A program made the position numbers and the translations under genes. Source: an uncultured Candidatus Saccharibacteria bacterium (lineage in GTDB: Bacteria > Patescibacteriota > Minisyncoccia > Phycocordibacterales > UBA2100). Taken from it: 62,467 nucleotides of DNA. Below the pieces are notes generated by a model that was not told the DNA's origin, ran no database searches, and was given only the letters and a program-made list of their open reading frames with translations. Below are positions 35,008-43,009 of the stretch, piece by piece (within the stretch, counting starts at the first letter, position 1; every line of letters begins with the position of its first letter). The stretch covers positions 1-62,467 of the forward strand of contig CAYNQE010000002.1 in assembly GCA_964399345.1 (NCBI GenBank). Reading direction: 5' to 3'.

Positions 35008-35355
35008 TTAAAATTTAAGTCCTGCTTCTCTTGCCGCGTCCGCAAAAGCTTTAATGTTACCTGTATAAAGATATCCTCCGCGGTCAAAAACCACTTCCTT
35101 TATCTTTTTGCCTTTAGCAAGTTCAGCAATAGCGGCTCCTGCTTCAATTGTTCGCTCTTTCTGAGTCTTCCCTTTCTGGATTGAAGTACTAACGGCTGCA
35201 AGAGTCACTTCCTTACCATCATCAATTAACTGAGCGTCAATCTTTGTGTTTGAACGAAAGATAGCAAGACGTGGACGTTTAGCAGTACCGATAACTTTTG
35301 ATCGAACTCTATTGTGTCGCCTAACTCTTCGTAATGTTTTTTCTTTAGTATCCAT
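35008..35355 (-). CDS. rplR: 50S ribosomal protein L18
   Basis: [35 protein letters not shown] and C-terminal [28 protein letters not shown]. Confidence 0.95.
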   Translation of the reverse strand: MDTKEKTLRRVRRHNRVRSKVIGTAKRPRLAIFRSNTKIDAQLIDDGKEVTLAAVSTSIQKGKTQKERTIEAGAAIAELAKGKKIKEVVFDRGGYLYTGNIKAFADAAREAGLKF

Positions 35356-35358
35356 ATA

Positions 35359-35895
35359 TTAAGCAGCTGCCTTCTTACCTTCTTTACGTCGTACTATTTC
35401 GTCAACGTATCGAATTCCCTTTCCTTTGTAAGGTTCAGGCTTCTTAACGGCACGAATCTCAGAAGCAAATTGTCCAACATTTTCTTTACTCACTCCTTTA
35501 ACGCTGATTTGGTTCTTTTCAACCTCAACAGTTATGTCTTCAGGTACTGTAAGTTCAACTGGGTGTGAAAATCCTACTTGAAGCTTTAATGTATTCCCTT
35601 CAAGGGCTACCTTATATCCAATCCCTTCAACTGAAAGCTTCTTTTCAAAAGGTTCATTCACTCCTGCAACCATGTTTGAAACGTGAGATGCAAAAGTTCC
35701 CCAAAGTGCTTGTGAGAGTCTTGTTTCATTTTTTGGAGTAACTATTACCTCAGTTTCCTTAACTTCAATAGAAACAGCCTCGTGAATCTTTTTGGTAAGT
35801 TCACCTCCCTTTCCTTTTACGGTAAGAATATTATCCGAAACAGTTACTTCTGTTCCCTCTGGGATTATAATAGGTTGTTTTCCGATTCTGCTCAT
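35359..35895 (-). CDS. rplF: 50S ribosomal protein L6
   Basis: MSRIGKQPIIIPEGTEVTV... Start set at this Met rather than the 11-codon extension in the track. Confidence 0.95.
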   Translation of the reverse strand: MSRIGKQPIIIPEGTEVTVSDNILTVKGKGGELTKKIHEAVSIEVKETEVIVTPKNETRLSQALWGTFASHVSNMVAGVNEPFEKKLSVEGIGYKVALEGNTLKLQVGFSHPVELTVPEDITVEVEKNQISVKGVSKENVGQFASEIRAVKKPEPYKGKGIRYVDEIVRRKEGKKAAA

Positions 35896-35896
35896 A

Positions 35897-36292
35897 TTAG
35901 TAAATTTCAAATAAAGCCTCACCACCAACTTTCTCCTTACGAGCCTGTATGTTAGTCATAATCCCTTTAGGTGTTGAAAGGACAAGATGTCCGTTTCCGT
36001 ATCGTACTGGGAAAAGCTCATTGGATGCTTTGTAAACACGGCGCCCAGGCTTTGAAATTCTTTTAACGTCATCAATGCGATGAGTTCCGTCTTCTTTGTA
36101 CGCTAATTCGACGTGAATAGTCTTTCGAACCTTCTTTCCTTGTTTTTCAACATTCTTGATGTATCCGTTCTCTTTAAGAGTCTCAGCTACTGCCATTTTC
36201 ATTTTAGAAAATGGTATAGAAACAGTCTCGTGCTTTACGGCACCTGCATTCTTTAGACGAATTATGAAGTCTCCTATTGGGTCTCCTACCAT
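35897..36292 (-). CDS. rpsH: 30S ribosomal protein S8
   Basis: [16 protein letters not shown]... and C-terminal GGEALFEIY. Start set at M22 of the track ORF. Confidence 0.95.
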   Translation of the reverse strand: MVGDPIGDFIIRLKNAGAVKHETVSIPFSKMKMAVAETLKENGYIKNVEKQGKKVRKTIHVELAYKEDGTHRIDDVKRISKPGRRVYKASNELFPVRYGNGHLVLSTPKGIMTNIQARKEKVGGEALFEIY

Positions 36293-36471
36293 GATGATTT
36301 TTTTATTCCGGGAATGTGTCCTTCTAACGCTTCCTCTCGGAAACAAATACGACACAGGTCAAACGCTCGCATATAGCCTCGTGGACGTCCACACTTAAAG
36401 CAACGACGAACGACACGCGAATTGAACTTCGGTGTCTTTTCTGCTCTTGCGATCATTGACTTTTTTGCCAT
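36286..36471 (-). CDS. rpsN: 30S ribosomal protein S14, type Z (zinc-binding, 61 aa)
   Basis: [16 protein letters not shown]...[23 protein letters not shown], with CxxC...CxxC. Confidence 0.95.
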   Translation of the reverse strand: MAKKSMIARAEKTPKFNSRVVRRCFKCGRPRGYMRAFDLCRICFREEALEGHIPGIKKSSW

Positions 36472-36481
36472 AAATTAAAAT

Positions 36482-36502
36482 TGACCCATTTTTAAAGGGT
36501 CA
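36482..36502 (-). promoter_or_regulatory. Leader hairpin with U-rich tail 10 nt upstream of the rpsN start
   Basis: Minus strand reads TGACCC-TTTAAAAAT-GGGTCA-ATTTTAATTT-ATG. Confidence 0.4.
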
Positions 36503-36566
36503 TTCATTCAAGTGTTTGTGTAATCCTGCTTACACTATGAATTGTCGACTCCTTTTAGGTGCGAGC

Positions 36567-36595
36567 ATATTACCTAAAATGGAGTGGGAAGTCAA
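36567..36595 (-). promoter_or_regulatory. Near-consensus sigma-70 promoter feeding rpsN and the distal spc genes
   Basis: Minus strand reads TTGACT (36590-36595), 17-nt spacer TCCCACTCCATTTTAGG, TAATAT (36567-36572). Confidence 0.6.
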
Positions 36596-36628
36596 CGGGT
36601 ATATGCCTACATATATCTTAAAGAAAAG

Positions 36629-37249
36629 TTAAAAACCAATTCCTTTTACTGCCTCCTTAAGTTTATTTTCAACTTCTCTAAAATCTACTTCACTACCCAC
36701 AGTAAACTTAATCGGTTCCTTTATAACATCTTCAAAAAAAACTAAACTTTTCAATACAACGTTCTCATCTAAACTTGGGAACTTTTGCTTTGTAAGTGTA
36801 AGTAACTCTGATAACGAAAATTCCTTAAGTAAGAAAAATATATCTATATAGTCTTTTTGTGTAGCACGTGAAGTAATAGCAGAGAGCTTCATACAAGCGA
36901 TATCTTCTTTTGAGGCTATGTTTATATATTGTTCTTTGATAAGGGGACTTAAAAGTGAGTACTTAAATGTCATGAAGCTCAACTTTATTGAACCGTCTAT
37001 AATCACTGACAACGTATTCTTTTCTTCTTGTGTTTTTAATAATTCGTGATCCTGAAACACTTCTCTTAATTCCTCAAAAAGTACATTCGTATCAATATCT
37101 TGATCGATAAAAAAATCAAAATCTACACTATCGCGATGACCTATTTGTAGAGCCAGTGCAGTACCTCCTGCAAGATAAAAACCTGCTGGTAATTTAGCCA
37201 AAAGTGGAAGAATTTCTTGCCTCTCTTTATCTAAAATATTATAAAACAT
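36629..37249 (-). CDS. Nucleotidyltransferase of the AbiEii/AbiGii (DUF1814-like) toxin family
   Basis: 206 aa from MFYNILDKERQEILPLL. Motif YLAGGTALALQIGHRDSVDFDFF matches the GGTAL...R.S.D.D signature. The start is 1 nt after the stop of a small upstream partner ORF. Confidence 0.65.
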   Translation of the reverse strand: MFYNILDKERQEILPLLAKLPAGFYLAGGTALALQIGHRDSVDFDFFIDQDIDTNVLFEELREVFQDHELLKTQEEKNTLSVIIDGSIKLSFMTFKYSLLSPLIKEQYINIASKEDIACMKLSAITSRATQKDYIDIFFLLKEFSLSELLTLTKQKFPSLDENVVLKSLVFFEDVIKEPIKFTVGSEVDFREVENKLKEAVKGIGF

Positions 37250-37250
37250 C

Positions 37251-37526
37251 TCAAGAAAATCTAGCTTCCCGCACTGGAGAAACTCCAAATATAAAAGACC
37301 AGAGAGCAAGAGATTTTTTGCTCCACACACTTTCAGGCGTAGTACTTAGTACTTCTTGAATATCATTATTGCTATATACACTAAAAAGCCAGTCAGTTGA
37401 CCTCTTAGAGCCAAAATTAAGTATGTTGTATATTATCAACTGTCTGTGGGTTTGTGTATCCAATTTTTTAATATCGTAAGACCAGAGAAACGGAGCCACA
37501 AATTTAGGTATTTCACTATTTTGCAT
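37251..37526 (-). CDS. Small partner ORF of the nucleotidyltransferase (putative antitoxin or adaptor)
   Basis: 91 aa from MQNSEIPKFVAPFLWSYDIKKLD... Extended -10 TGGTATAAT (TATAAT 37533-37538, minus) lies 6 nt upstream of this ATG. Confidence 0.5.
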   Translation of the reverse strand: MQNSEIPKFVAPFLWSYDIKKLDTQTHRQLIIYNILNFGSKRSTDWLFSVYSNNDIQEVLSTTPESVWSKKSLALWSFIFGVSPVREARFS

Positions 37527-37574
37527 ACGTATATTATACCACAATACTTAGGTTATTAGGCTCAAATAAAGGCT

Positions 37575-37605
37575 CGGTCGGGCAGAAAATAATAATGCCC
37601 GACCG
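37575..37605 (-). terminator. Terminator hairpin after the 32-aa ORF
   Basis: Minus strand reads CGGTCGGGCA-TTATTATTTTC-TGCCCGACCG (10-bp stem) followed by AGCCTTTATTT. Confidence 0.6.
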
Positions 37606-37608
37606 ATG

Positions 37609-37707
37609 TTATTCTGGAAGTTCGTGCTTTTTGTCGTGATCTTTGGGTCTCTTCCAAAGATCACCTTCCAGATCTTCGTCCCACACAGGACGTATAGGAT
37701 TCGTCAT
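37609..37707 (-). CDS. Mini-ORF (32 aa) with a very strong SD
   Basis: GAGGAGGAGGAATAA-ATG. Peptide MTNPIRPVWDEDLEGDLWKRPKDHDKKHELPE. Bracketed by a 34-nt palindrome upstream and a 10-bp-stem hairpin downstream. Below the track length cutoff. Confidence 0.45.
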   Translation of the reverse strand: MTNPIRPVWDEDLEGDLWKRPKDHDKKHELPE

Positions 37708-37765
37708 TTATTCCTCCTCCTCTAAATAAATGTACTTTTAGGATATATATATGTTGTAAGTCAAA

Positions 37766-37799
37766 TTCTAAACGGCTCAACCGGTTGAGCCGTTTAGAA
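37766..37799. repeat. Perfect 34-nt palindrome (17-bp arms)
   Basis: TTCTAAACGGCTCAACC|GGTTGAGCCGTTTAGAA. Could be a terminator, a processing site or a protein-binding site. Confidence 0.8.
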
Positions 37800-37929
37800 A
37801 TACGGCTGAAATTCATCATTAAATCGGAAAATTCTCTCTTTAACACTTTTAATCTCTTTATTCAAAATAGTCACGTCAATCATTAAACCAGTTGAAGTCT
37901 CTTCTGAGAAATTCTGATCAAAAATGAAA

Positions 37930-38016
37930 TTACCTAAGCTTGCTTGTATCCAACCTTCTTTTTGAAATACGCTTAAAGTCCCGAATGTAGTGGCTTGTAG
38001 GTCTTACTACTCTCAT
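37930..38016 (-). pseudogene. Truncated YafQ/RelE-like toxin remnant (28 codons)
   Basis: ATGA overlap with the dinJ-like stop. MRVVRPTSHYIRDFKRISKRRLDTSKLR* resembles the N-terminus of YafQ-type toxins (..F.KD.KR..KRG.D..KL). None of the three frames of the next 130 nt that I read shows a YafQ-like C-terminal half. Confidence 0.4.
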
Positions 38017-38273
38017 ATTTTACCAGACAAAATATCTGAGTGCATTTTGTCTACATCCTTATAACTCGAAAGCGTTTTTGTGTCTTCGTTAAAGGCTTTC
38101 AGCGTTTCCTTATTGGGAATAGAAACACTAAACGGTATACCTTGATGTAGAATCGTACTCTTCAAGAACACCCTAAAAGCGTCTGTGGTAGAAAGTCCAA
38201 TCTCACTAAAGATACGTTCTGCATCACGCTTTAACTTAGGCTCAACACGAGCTTGAATTATTTGAGTTTTCAT
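38013..38273 (-). CDS. dinJ: RelB/DinJ-family antitoxin
   Basis: 86 aa. IQARVEPKLKRDAERIFSEIGLSTTDAFRVFLKSTILHQGIPFSV matches the DinJ RHH pattern (ARVD..LK..A..V...LGL..S.A...FL......G.PF). Confidence 0.75.
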   Translation of the reverse strand: MKTQIIQARVEPKLKRDAERIFSEIGLSTTDAFRVFLKSTILHQGIPFSVSIPNKETLKAFNEDTKTLSSYKDVDKMHSDILSGKI

Positions 38274-38311
38274 AATTACAGTGCACTACACCTGACGTAC
38301 AATGCAAGAAT

Positions 38312-38851
38312 TTACTCTTCTTTCTTTATCGGCAATCCTAACTCTCGAAGGAGTGCTTCAGCTTCTTCTTTAGTCTTTGCTGTAGTTACAAATGTAATTC
38401 CAAAACCAAATACATCCCTTAGTTCTTCATCTGCCGCCTCCGGGAAGATGGTATGTTCTTTAATTCCGATTGAGTAGTTACCCATCTCATCAATTCCACT
38501 AACGTTTAATCCTCTAAAGTCTCGAGTACGTGGAAGAGCTATGTGAATTAATTTATCTAAAAAGTCTCCCATTCTTTTACCTCTAAGGGTAACTGAGTGT
38601 CCAATTACAGTTCCCTCTCTTAACTTAAAGGTAGCAATTGATTTCTTTGCAACGTTTGCTTTAGGTTTTTGTCCTGTGATTTGTGCTAATCGGTCAATTA
38701 CAAGTTCAATCTTGTTCTTCTCTTTCATAGAACCAACCTTTGCCGCAACTACAATCTTAGTAAGCTTAGGAGTTTGCATTTTGTTAGTGTAGCCAAACTG
38801 CTTCTTTAGGGTATCGAACATCTTTATTTGTTTTTCTGTTGTTGTTTGCAT
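38312..38851 (-). CDS. rplE: 50S ribosomal protein L5
   Basis: PKLTKIVVAAKVGS..., GHSVTLRGKRMGDFLDKLI, ALPRTRDFRGL. Confidence 0.95.
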   Translation of the reverse strand: MQTTTEKQIKMFDTLKKQFGYTNKMQTPKLTKIVVAAKVGSMKEKNKIELVIDRLAQITGQKPKANVAKKSIATFKLREGTVIGHSVTLRGKRMGDFLDKLIHIALPRTRDFRGLNVSGIDEMGNYSIGIKEHTIFPEAADEELRDVFGFGITFVTTAKTKEEAEALLRELGLPIKKEE

Positions 38852-38852
38852 A

Positions 38853-39161
38853 TTACTTTATTACTGTTCCGCTGTTTTTTGCAACACGAACTCTTTTACC
38901 GCTCTCTCGCTTAATACCAATTCTAGTTGGCTTTCCGCTCTTTGGATCAACCAAGGATACGTTTGATACGTGAATCGGAAGAGTCTTGTCTACAATCTGT
39001 CCACTTTGTCCTCTCGTACGAGACTTTTGGTGACGCTTTGCAACACTTACTCCTTCAACGATAACCTTATCTTGTGTAGGAAGTGCTCGTAAAACAGTCC
39101 CAGACTTTCCTTTGTCCTTTCCTGCGATAACTATTACTTTGTCTCCTTTTTTGATTTTCAT
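38853..39161 (-). CDS. rplX: 50S ribosomal protein L24
   Basis: MKIKKGDKVIVIAGKDKGKSGTV is the KOW motif. Start set at this Met, 4 nt after the rplN stop. Confidence 0.95.
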   Translation of the reverse strand: MKIKKGDKVIVIAGKDKGKSGTVLRALPTQDKVIVEGVSVAKRHQKSRTRGQSGQIVDKTLPIHVSNVSLVDPKSGKPTRIGIKRESGKRVRVAKNSGTVIK

Positions 39162-39165
39162 ATAT

Positions 39166-39537
39166 TTATACAACCTCAGGGGCTAAGTTAACGATCTTTT
39201 GATATCCACGCTCAGCTAATTCACGAGGAACTGGGCCGAAAACACGTGTTCCGCGAGGCTCTTTCTTGTCTTTTTCAACAATAACAACAGCGTTTTCATC
39301 AAAACGAATGTATGAACCATCACGACGACGGAAAGGCTGTACCTGTCGAACAACAACTCCACGTAGCACGTCTTTCTTCTTTACTTGCTTTCGTGGTTCT
39401 ACTGATTGTATTGAAAGTACTACTTCGTCTCCGATACGGGCGTATCGACGCTTTGAACCTCCTAGGACCTTGAATACGCGCCCAATCTTTCCACCGGCGT
39501 TATCGGCAACTTTCACTATTGTTTGTGGTTGAATCAT
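39166..39537 (-). CDS. rplN: 50S ribosomal protein L14
   Basis: MIQPQTIVKVADNAGGK... Confidence 0.96.
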   Translation of the reverse strand: MIQPQTIVKVADNAGGKIGRVFKVLGGSKRRYARIGDEVVLSIQSVEPRKQVKKKDVLRGVVVRQVQPFRRRDGSYIRFDENAVVIVEKDKKEPRGTRVFGPVPRELAERGYQKIVNLAPEVV

Positions 39538-39538
39538 A

Positions 39539-39772
39539 TTAGCTTTCTATTACGAAGTTCTTATTCTTTGAAATTGGTCGAGACTCTCGTATTACAACCT
39601 TATCTCCAAGTACGGCAGTATTCTCAGGATCGTGCACAAGATATTTCTTAACTTGCTTAACAAACTTCTTGTACTTAGGATGCTTAACGTAGCGAGAAAC
39701 AGCAACCTTTGCGGTTTTTTCCATTGAGGTTCCTACAACGGTTCCACGTAGTGTTTTTCCTTTTGTTTCCAT
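39539..39772 (-). CDS. rpsQ: 30S ribosomal protein S17
   Basis: LRGTVVGTSMEKTAKVAVSRYVKHPKYKKFV. Confidence 0.95.
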   Translation of the reverse strand: METKGKTLRGTVVGTSMEKTAKVAVSRYVKHPKYKKFVKQVKKYLVHDPENTAVLGDKVVIRESRPISKNKNFVIES

Positions 39773-39773
39773 A

Positions 39774-39965
39774 TTAATTTTCTAACTTACTCCGCATATT
39801 AAGTTCCGTCAAGATCTTTGCTACTGCATGGCGTGTATTTCGTCCCTCTTTAACATTACGAACACGGGATCCAGCGTTCTTGAATCGAAATTCACGAAGC
39901 TCCTCTCGTTTTTCTTTAACAAGCTTCTCCAAGTCTTTAACGCTTTTTTTCTTTAAATCAATCAT
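39774..39965 (-). CDS. rpmC: 50S ribosomal protein L29
   Basis: KSVKDLEKLVKEKREELREFRFKNA. ATG at 39963-39965, 1 nt after the rplP stop. The track start at 39977 is a TTG. Confidence 0.92.
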   Translation of the reverse strand: MIDLKKKSVKDLEKLVKEKREELREFRFKNAGSRVRNVKEGRNTRHAVAKILTELNMRSKLEN

Positions 39966-39966
39966 A

Positions 39967-40386
39967 TTATCGTTCAACTATCTTAGTCTTCATGGACATT
40001 TTCATGCCAGCTTTGCGCAAAGCAGAGCGTGCAGTTTCTTCATCTACTCCGTCTACTTCAAACAAAACGCGCCCTGCACGAACTTCACTCACGTAGCCTA
40101 CAGGATCTCCTTTTCCTTTTCCCATACCTACTTCGGCTGCTTTTCTTGTTATAGGTCGGTCTGGGAAAATACGTATCCACATTTTTCCAGTCTTTCCTAC
40201 TGTTCGTACAATTACTTTACGCGCTGCTTCAATTTGATTTGAAGTAACTCTAGCTTGAGCCATTGCCTTAAGTCCGTATGACCCAAAAGAGACAGTAACT
40301 CCTCGTGTATCAGGACGTGCGAGTTTCTTAGGGTTCTTACGCCTAGTCTGCCACTTTCGATGTTTTGCTTTCTTTGGGAATAACAT
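39967..40386 (-). CDS. rplP: 50S ribosomal protein L16
   Basis: MLFPKKAKHRKWQTRR... Start set at M19 of the track ORF. Confidence 0.95.
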   Translation of the reverse strand: MLFPKKAKHRKWQTRRKNPKKLARPDTRGVTVSFGSYGLKAMAQARVTSNQIEAARKVIVRTVGKTGKMWIRIFPDRPITRKAAEVGMGKGKGDPVGYVSEVRAGRVLFEVDGVDEETARSALRKAGMKMSMKTKIVER

Positions 40387-40387
40387 A

Positions 40388-41056
40388 TTATTTTTTATCT
40401 TCGAATACGTCTCCTCGGTATATCCACACCTTAATACCAACTACTCCGTATGGTAGGTATGCCTGTTCCTTAACGTAATCAATATCTGCTCTAAAAGTCT
40501 GCAAAGGAACTCGCCCTCTCTTGATTTGCTCACGACGAGCCATTTCAGCACCTCCCAAACGTCCTGAAAGAAGTATTCTAACTCCCTTAACATCGCGATT
40601 TGCCATAACCTTCTCTACTGTTTGCTTAAGAATACGTCGGTGAGGCATTCTTTTTTCAAGCCCTTCGGCTATCATGTATGCAACAACTGCAGCGTGAGAC
40701 TCAGGAGATCGTACTTCTTCAACATCAATCTTTACTTTTGGCTTATCTTCTCCAAGCTTTAGTTTCTTAAGCTGTTTGTTTATATCAACTAAAAGAGATT
40801 GTGTTCCTTCTCCTGAACGTCCGATAACCATACCAGGACGTGAAGTTTTAATAGTTAGTCGTAGCTCTTTCTCTCCTCTTTCTATTTCAAGAGATGTTAC
40901 GTAAAATCCACGCAACCTTTTCTTAAGGTAAGCACGTAAAAAAGTATCGATTTTAAGATTCTCTCTGTATTGTTTTGGTGTAGCACCAAACCATCGTGAC
41001 TTCCAGTCACGGATAATTCCTAGTCTATGTGCGTATGGGTGTACTGTGTGTGTCAT
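40388..41056 (-). CDS. rpsC: 30S ribosomal protein S3
   Basis: VHPYAHRLGIIRDWKSRWF and a KH domain (GMVIGRSGEG). Confidence 0.96.
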   Translation of the reverse strand: MTHTVHPYAHRLGIIRDWKSRWFGATPKQYRENLKIDTFLRAYLKKRLRGFYVTSLEIERGEKELRLTIKTSRPGMVIGRSGEGTQSLLVDINKQLKKLKLGEDKPKVKIDVEEVRSPESHAAVVAYMIAEGLEKRMPHRRILKQTVEKVMANRDVKGVRILLSGRLGGAEMARREQIKRGRVPLQTFRADIDYVKEQAYLPYGVVGIKVWIYRGDVFEDKK

Positions 41057-41059
41057 ATA

Positions 41060-41383
41060 TTATTTGTCTCCTAAAACCAACGTTACTTTACTCTTTCGAC
41101 GTCGAAATGGTGTTGCACGCCCGAAAGCTCGTGGTCGCCATCTTCGTAGCTCCATACCTTGATCTACTCGAATGTCTTTAACAATCAAGTTCTCAGTATC
41201 TTTCTTCAAATCTTTAGCGTTTGCCACTGCTGATTCAAGAAGTTTCTTAAGAGCAGGAGCTGACTTCTTATCGATAAACGTTAGAAGCGCTTTTGCCTTT
41301 TCAACATCCTTACCACGAATAAGATCCGCTACTAAACGTACCTTTCTAGGTGATTGAGAGTAATTTTTAAGAAATGCTTTCAT
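41060..41383 (-). CDS. rplV: 50S ribosomal protein L22
   Basis: SPRKVRLVADLIRGKDVEKA. Confidence 0.95.
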   Translation of the reverse strand: MKAFLKNYSQSPRKVRLVADLIRGKDVEKAKALLTFIDKKSAPALKKLLESAVANAKDLKKDTENLIVKDIRVDQGMELRRWRPRAFGRATPFRRRKSKVTLVLGDK

Positions 41384-41385
41384 AA

Positions 41386-41712
41386 TTATGCGGCTTTGGC
41401 TGCTTTGGCTGCTTGGATCTCAGCATCTTTCTTTTTCTGCTCCATTTCCTTTTGCATCTTTCCACCGTGTCGACGGAAAGTTTTGGTAGGAGAAAATTCT
41501 CCAAGCTTGTGTCCTACCATGTCTTCAGTAACAAAAACTTCTGTGTGAACACGTCCGTTGTGTACTCCAAAAACAAATCCAACCATCTCAGGTGAGATGT
41601 CGCTTCTCCGTGCCCATGTCTTAATAACACCAGCAGAATCTGGAGTCTTTCCTTCAATTTTTTTAAGTAATTTGGGGTCAACGTATGGCCCTTTTTTAAG
41701 TGATCTTGTCAT
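41386..41712 (-). CDS. rpsS: 30S ribosomal protein S19 with a Lys/Ala-rich C-terminal tail
   Basis: [19 protein letters not shown]...[18 protein letters not shown], followed by the extra tail [24 protein letters not shown]. Start set at M26 of the track ORF. Confidence 0.93.
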   Translation of the reverse strand: MTRSLKKGPYVDPKLLKKIEGKTPDSAGVIKTWARRSDISPEMVGFVFGVHNGRVHTEVFVTEDMVGHKLGEFSPTKTFRRHGGKMQKEMEQKKKDAEIQAAKAAKAA

Positions 41713-41787
41713 ATTGTATGTAATATTGCCTGTGTTAAGTACGTGTCTTACTTTGCAATAAAAAGCCGCCCTAATGGCGTGGGCCAT

Positions 41788-41816
41788 ATACTATTGCATT
41801 TGAAGTTATAAGTCAA
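41788..41816 (-). promoter_or_regulatory. Near-consensus sigma-70 promoter upstream of rpsS
   Basis: Minus strand reads TTGACT (41811-41816), 17-nt spacer TATAACTTCAAATGCAA, TAGTAT (41788-41793). Confidence 0.6.
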
Positions 41817-41822
41817 TGGTGT

Positions 41823-41850
41823 TTGCGTTATCTCTATATATTAGTAATAT
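41823..41850 (+). promoter_or_regulatory. Candidate promoter for the + strand 91-aa ORF
   Basis: TTGCGT (41823-41828), 16-nt spacer, TAATAT (41845-41850), then SD AAAGGAGG 5 nt before the ATG. Confidence 0.45.
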
Positions 41851-41871
41851 TCAGACAGAAAGGAGGCAATC

Positions 41872-42147
41872 ATGCCCAAATCCGTACAAACACTTTTTGA
41901 AGTATCTCAGATGGGTGTAATCACAGCCTGTAAAGTGCCTCATGATTTTGATTATGCAGATCCTGAACTTACACATAAGTATGTGGGACCTGAAGAGGCT
42001 ATTACTCTTGCAATAGTATTTACTCAAAGAGCCTTGAACACGCCCACCCAGTGGGAAAAGTTCCCTGAATTAAGGGGCCGACTAAAGGCTCTTCAAACCG
42101 GTCCGGACTCAGTAATCACAGAAGCTGAGGCTAGAGTCCCCGCTTAA
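41872..42147 (+). CDS. Orphan 91-aa protein encoded antisense to the ribosomal operon
   Basis: Strong SD and its own promoter-like hexamers. A GC hairpin overlaps the stop codon. No recognisable family. Confidence 0.55.
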   Translation: MPKSVQTLFEVSQMGVITACKVPHDFDYADPELTHKYVGPEEAITLAIVFTQRALNTPTQWEKFPELRGRLKALQTGPDSVITEAEARVPA

Positions 42148-42157
42148 TCGCGGGGAC
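42136..42157 (+). terminator. Orientation-biased terminator hairpin
   Basis: GTCCCCGC-TTAATC-GCGGGGAC followed by CGTTCTTTT on the + strand. There is no U-run on the minus-strand side, which faces rplB to rpsS read-through. Confidence 0.6.
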
Positions 42158-42164
42158 CGTTCTT

Positions 42165-43007
42165 TTACTTCCTCTTTCCAACTTTTCGTCGTTTAACGAT
42201 AAGCTTGTTTGAATATTTCTTTGGTTTTCGCGTCTTCTGACCCTTTCCTGTAGGCTTACCCCACTTAGAACGAGCTCTTCGGTGACCACGTCCGGCTTTT
42301 CCTTCACCACCACCATGAGGGTGATCTACGGCGTTCATGGCAGATCCGCGAACTGTTGGGCGTATACCCATGTGCCGAGCACGTCCGGCTTTTCCAATTT
42401 TCATTAGTTTGTGTTCGTCATTTGAAACCTCCCCAATACATGCCCAAGAAGTACTCAAAACTTTTCGAACTTCACTTGAAGGCATTTTTAGTTGAGTGTA
42501 ACCTGCGTCGTGTGCGATAACTTCAGCGTAGTTACCAGCTGAACGTACTAATTTAGCGCCCCCTTCAGGCTTTATCTCAATGTTGTATACAAAAGTACCA
42601 ATTGGAATCTTTCCAAGAGGAAGACGACTTGCTGGCTTAACAGGGGCATCATCGGCCACTAAGAAAGTATCGTTAACTTCAACAGACTTAGGAATTACAA
42701 CGTATCGTCTCTCTCCATCGGCATAAAGTGCAAGACCAATGTATGCTGTTCGGTTTGGATCGTACTCAATAGTTTCAATCTTTGCGGGAATTCCTTTTTT
42801 ATTATACAAAAAGTCCATTTCTCGCCACTTTCTTTTGTGTCCTCCACCTTTGTGACGAGTAGTTATTCGCCCTTGTGAGTTACGTCCAACTCCTCTTTTC
42901 ATTCCCTTAGTTAAAGACTTAAGTGGCTTACTTGCTGTTACTTTTTCTTTATATGAAACGACTGTCATTCCTCGGCGTCCTGGTGTTGTTGGTTTATATT
43001 TTTTCAT
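42165..43007 (-). CDS. rplB: 50S ribosomal protein L2
   Basis: GRNSQGRITTRHKGGGHKR and NAVDHPHGGGEGK. Confidence 0.96.
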   Translation of the reverse strand: MKKYKPTTPGRRGMTVVSYKEKVTASKPLKSLTKGMKRGVGRNSQGRITTRHKGGGHKRKWREMDFLYNKKGIPAKIETIEYDPNRTAYIGLALYADGERRYVVIPKSVEVNDTFLVADDAPVKPASRLPLGKIPIGTFVYNIEIKPEGGAKLVRSAGNYAEVIAHDAGYTQLKMPSSEVRKVLSTSWACIGEVSNDEHKLMKIGKAGRARHMGIRPTVRGSAMNAVDHPHGGGEGKAGRGHRRARSKWGKPTGKGQKTRKPKKYSNKLIVKRRKVGKRK

Positions 43008-43009
43008 AC

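Noticed and set aside
37661-37846. 61-aa minus-strand ORF from the track
   Set aside because: It has no SD or promoter context. It runs through the 34-nt palindrome and overlaps, in a different frame, the 32-aa ORF that has a GAGGAGGAGG SD and its own terminator.
41713-41787. 25-codon N-terminal extension of S19 ([25 protein letters not shown]); likewise the extensions of EF-Tu (46949-47077), L6, S8, L16, L3, Map and FtsH in the ORF track
   Set aside because: The conserved protein N-termini begin at internal Met codons. The extensions cover promoter and leader sequence or the 3' ends of upstream genes, and they have non-protein-like composition.
42131-42316. 61-aa minus-strand ORF overlapping the rplB 3' end and the terminator hairpin
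   Set aside because: It lies in an alternative frame of rplB, has no independent signals, and runs through a GC hairpin that belongs to the + strand ORF.
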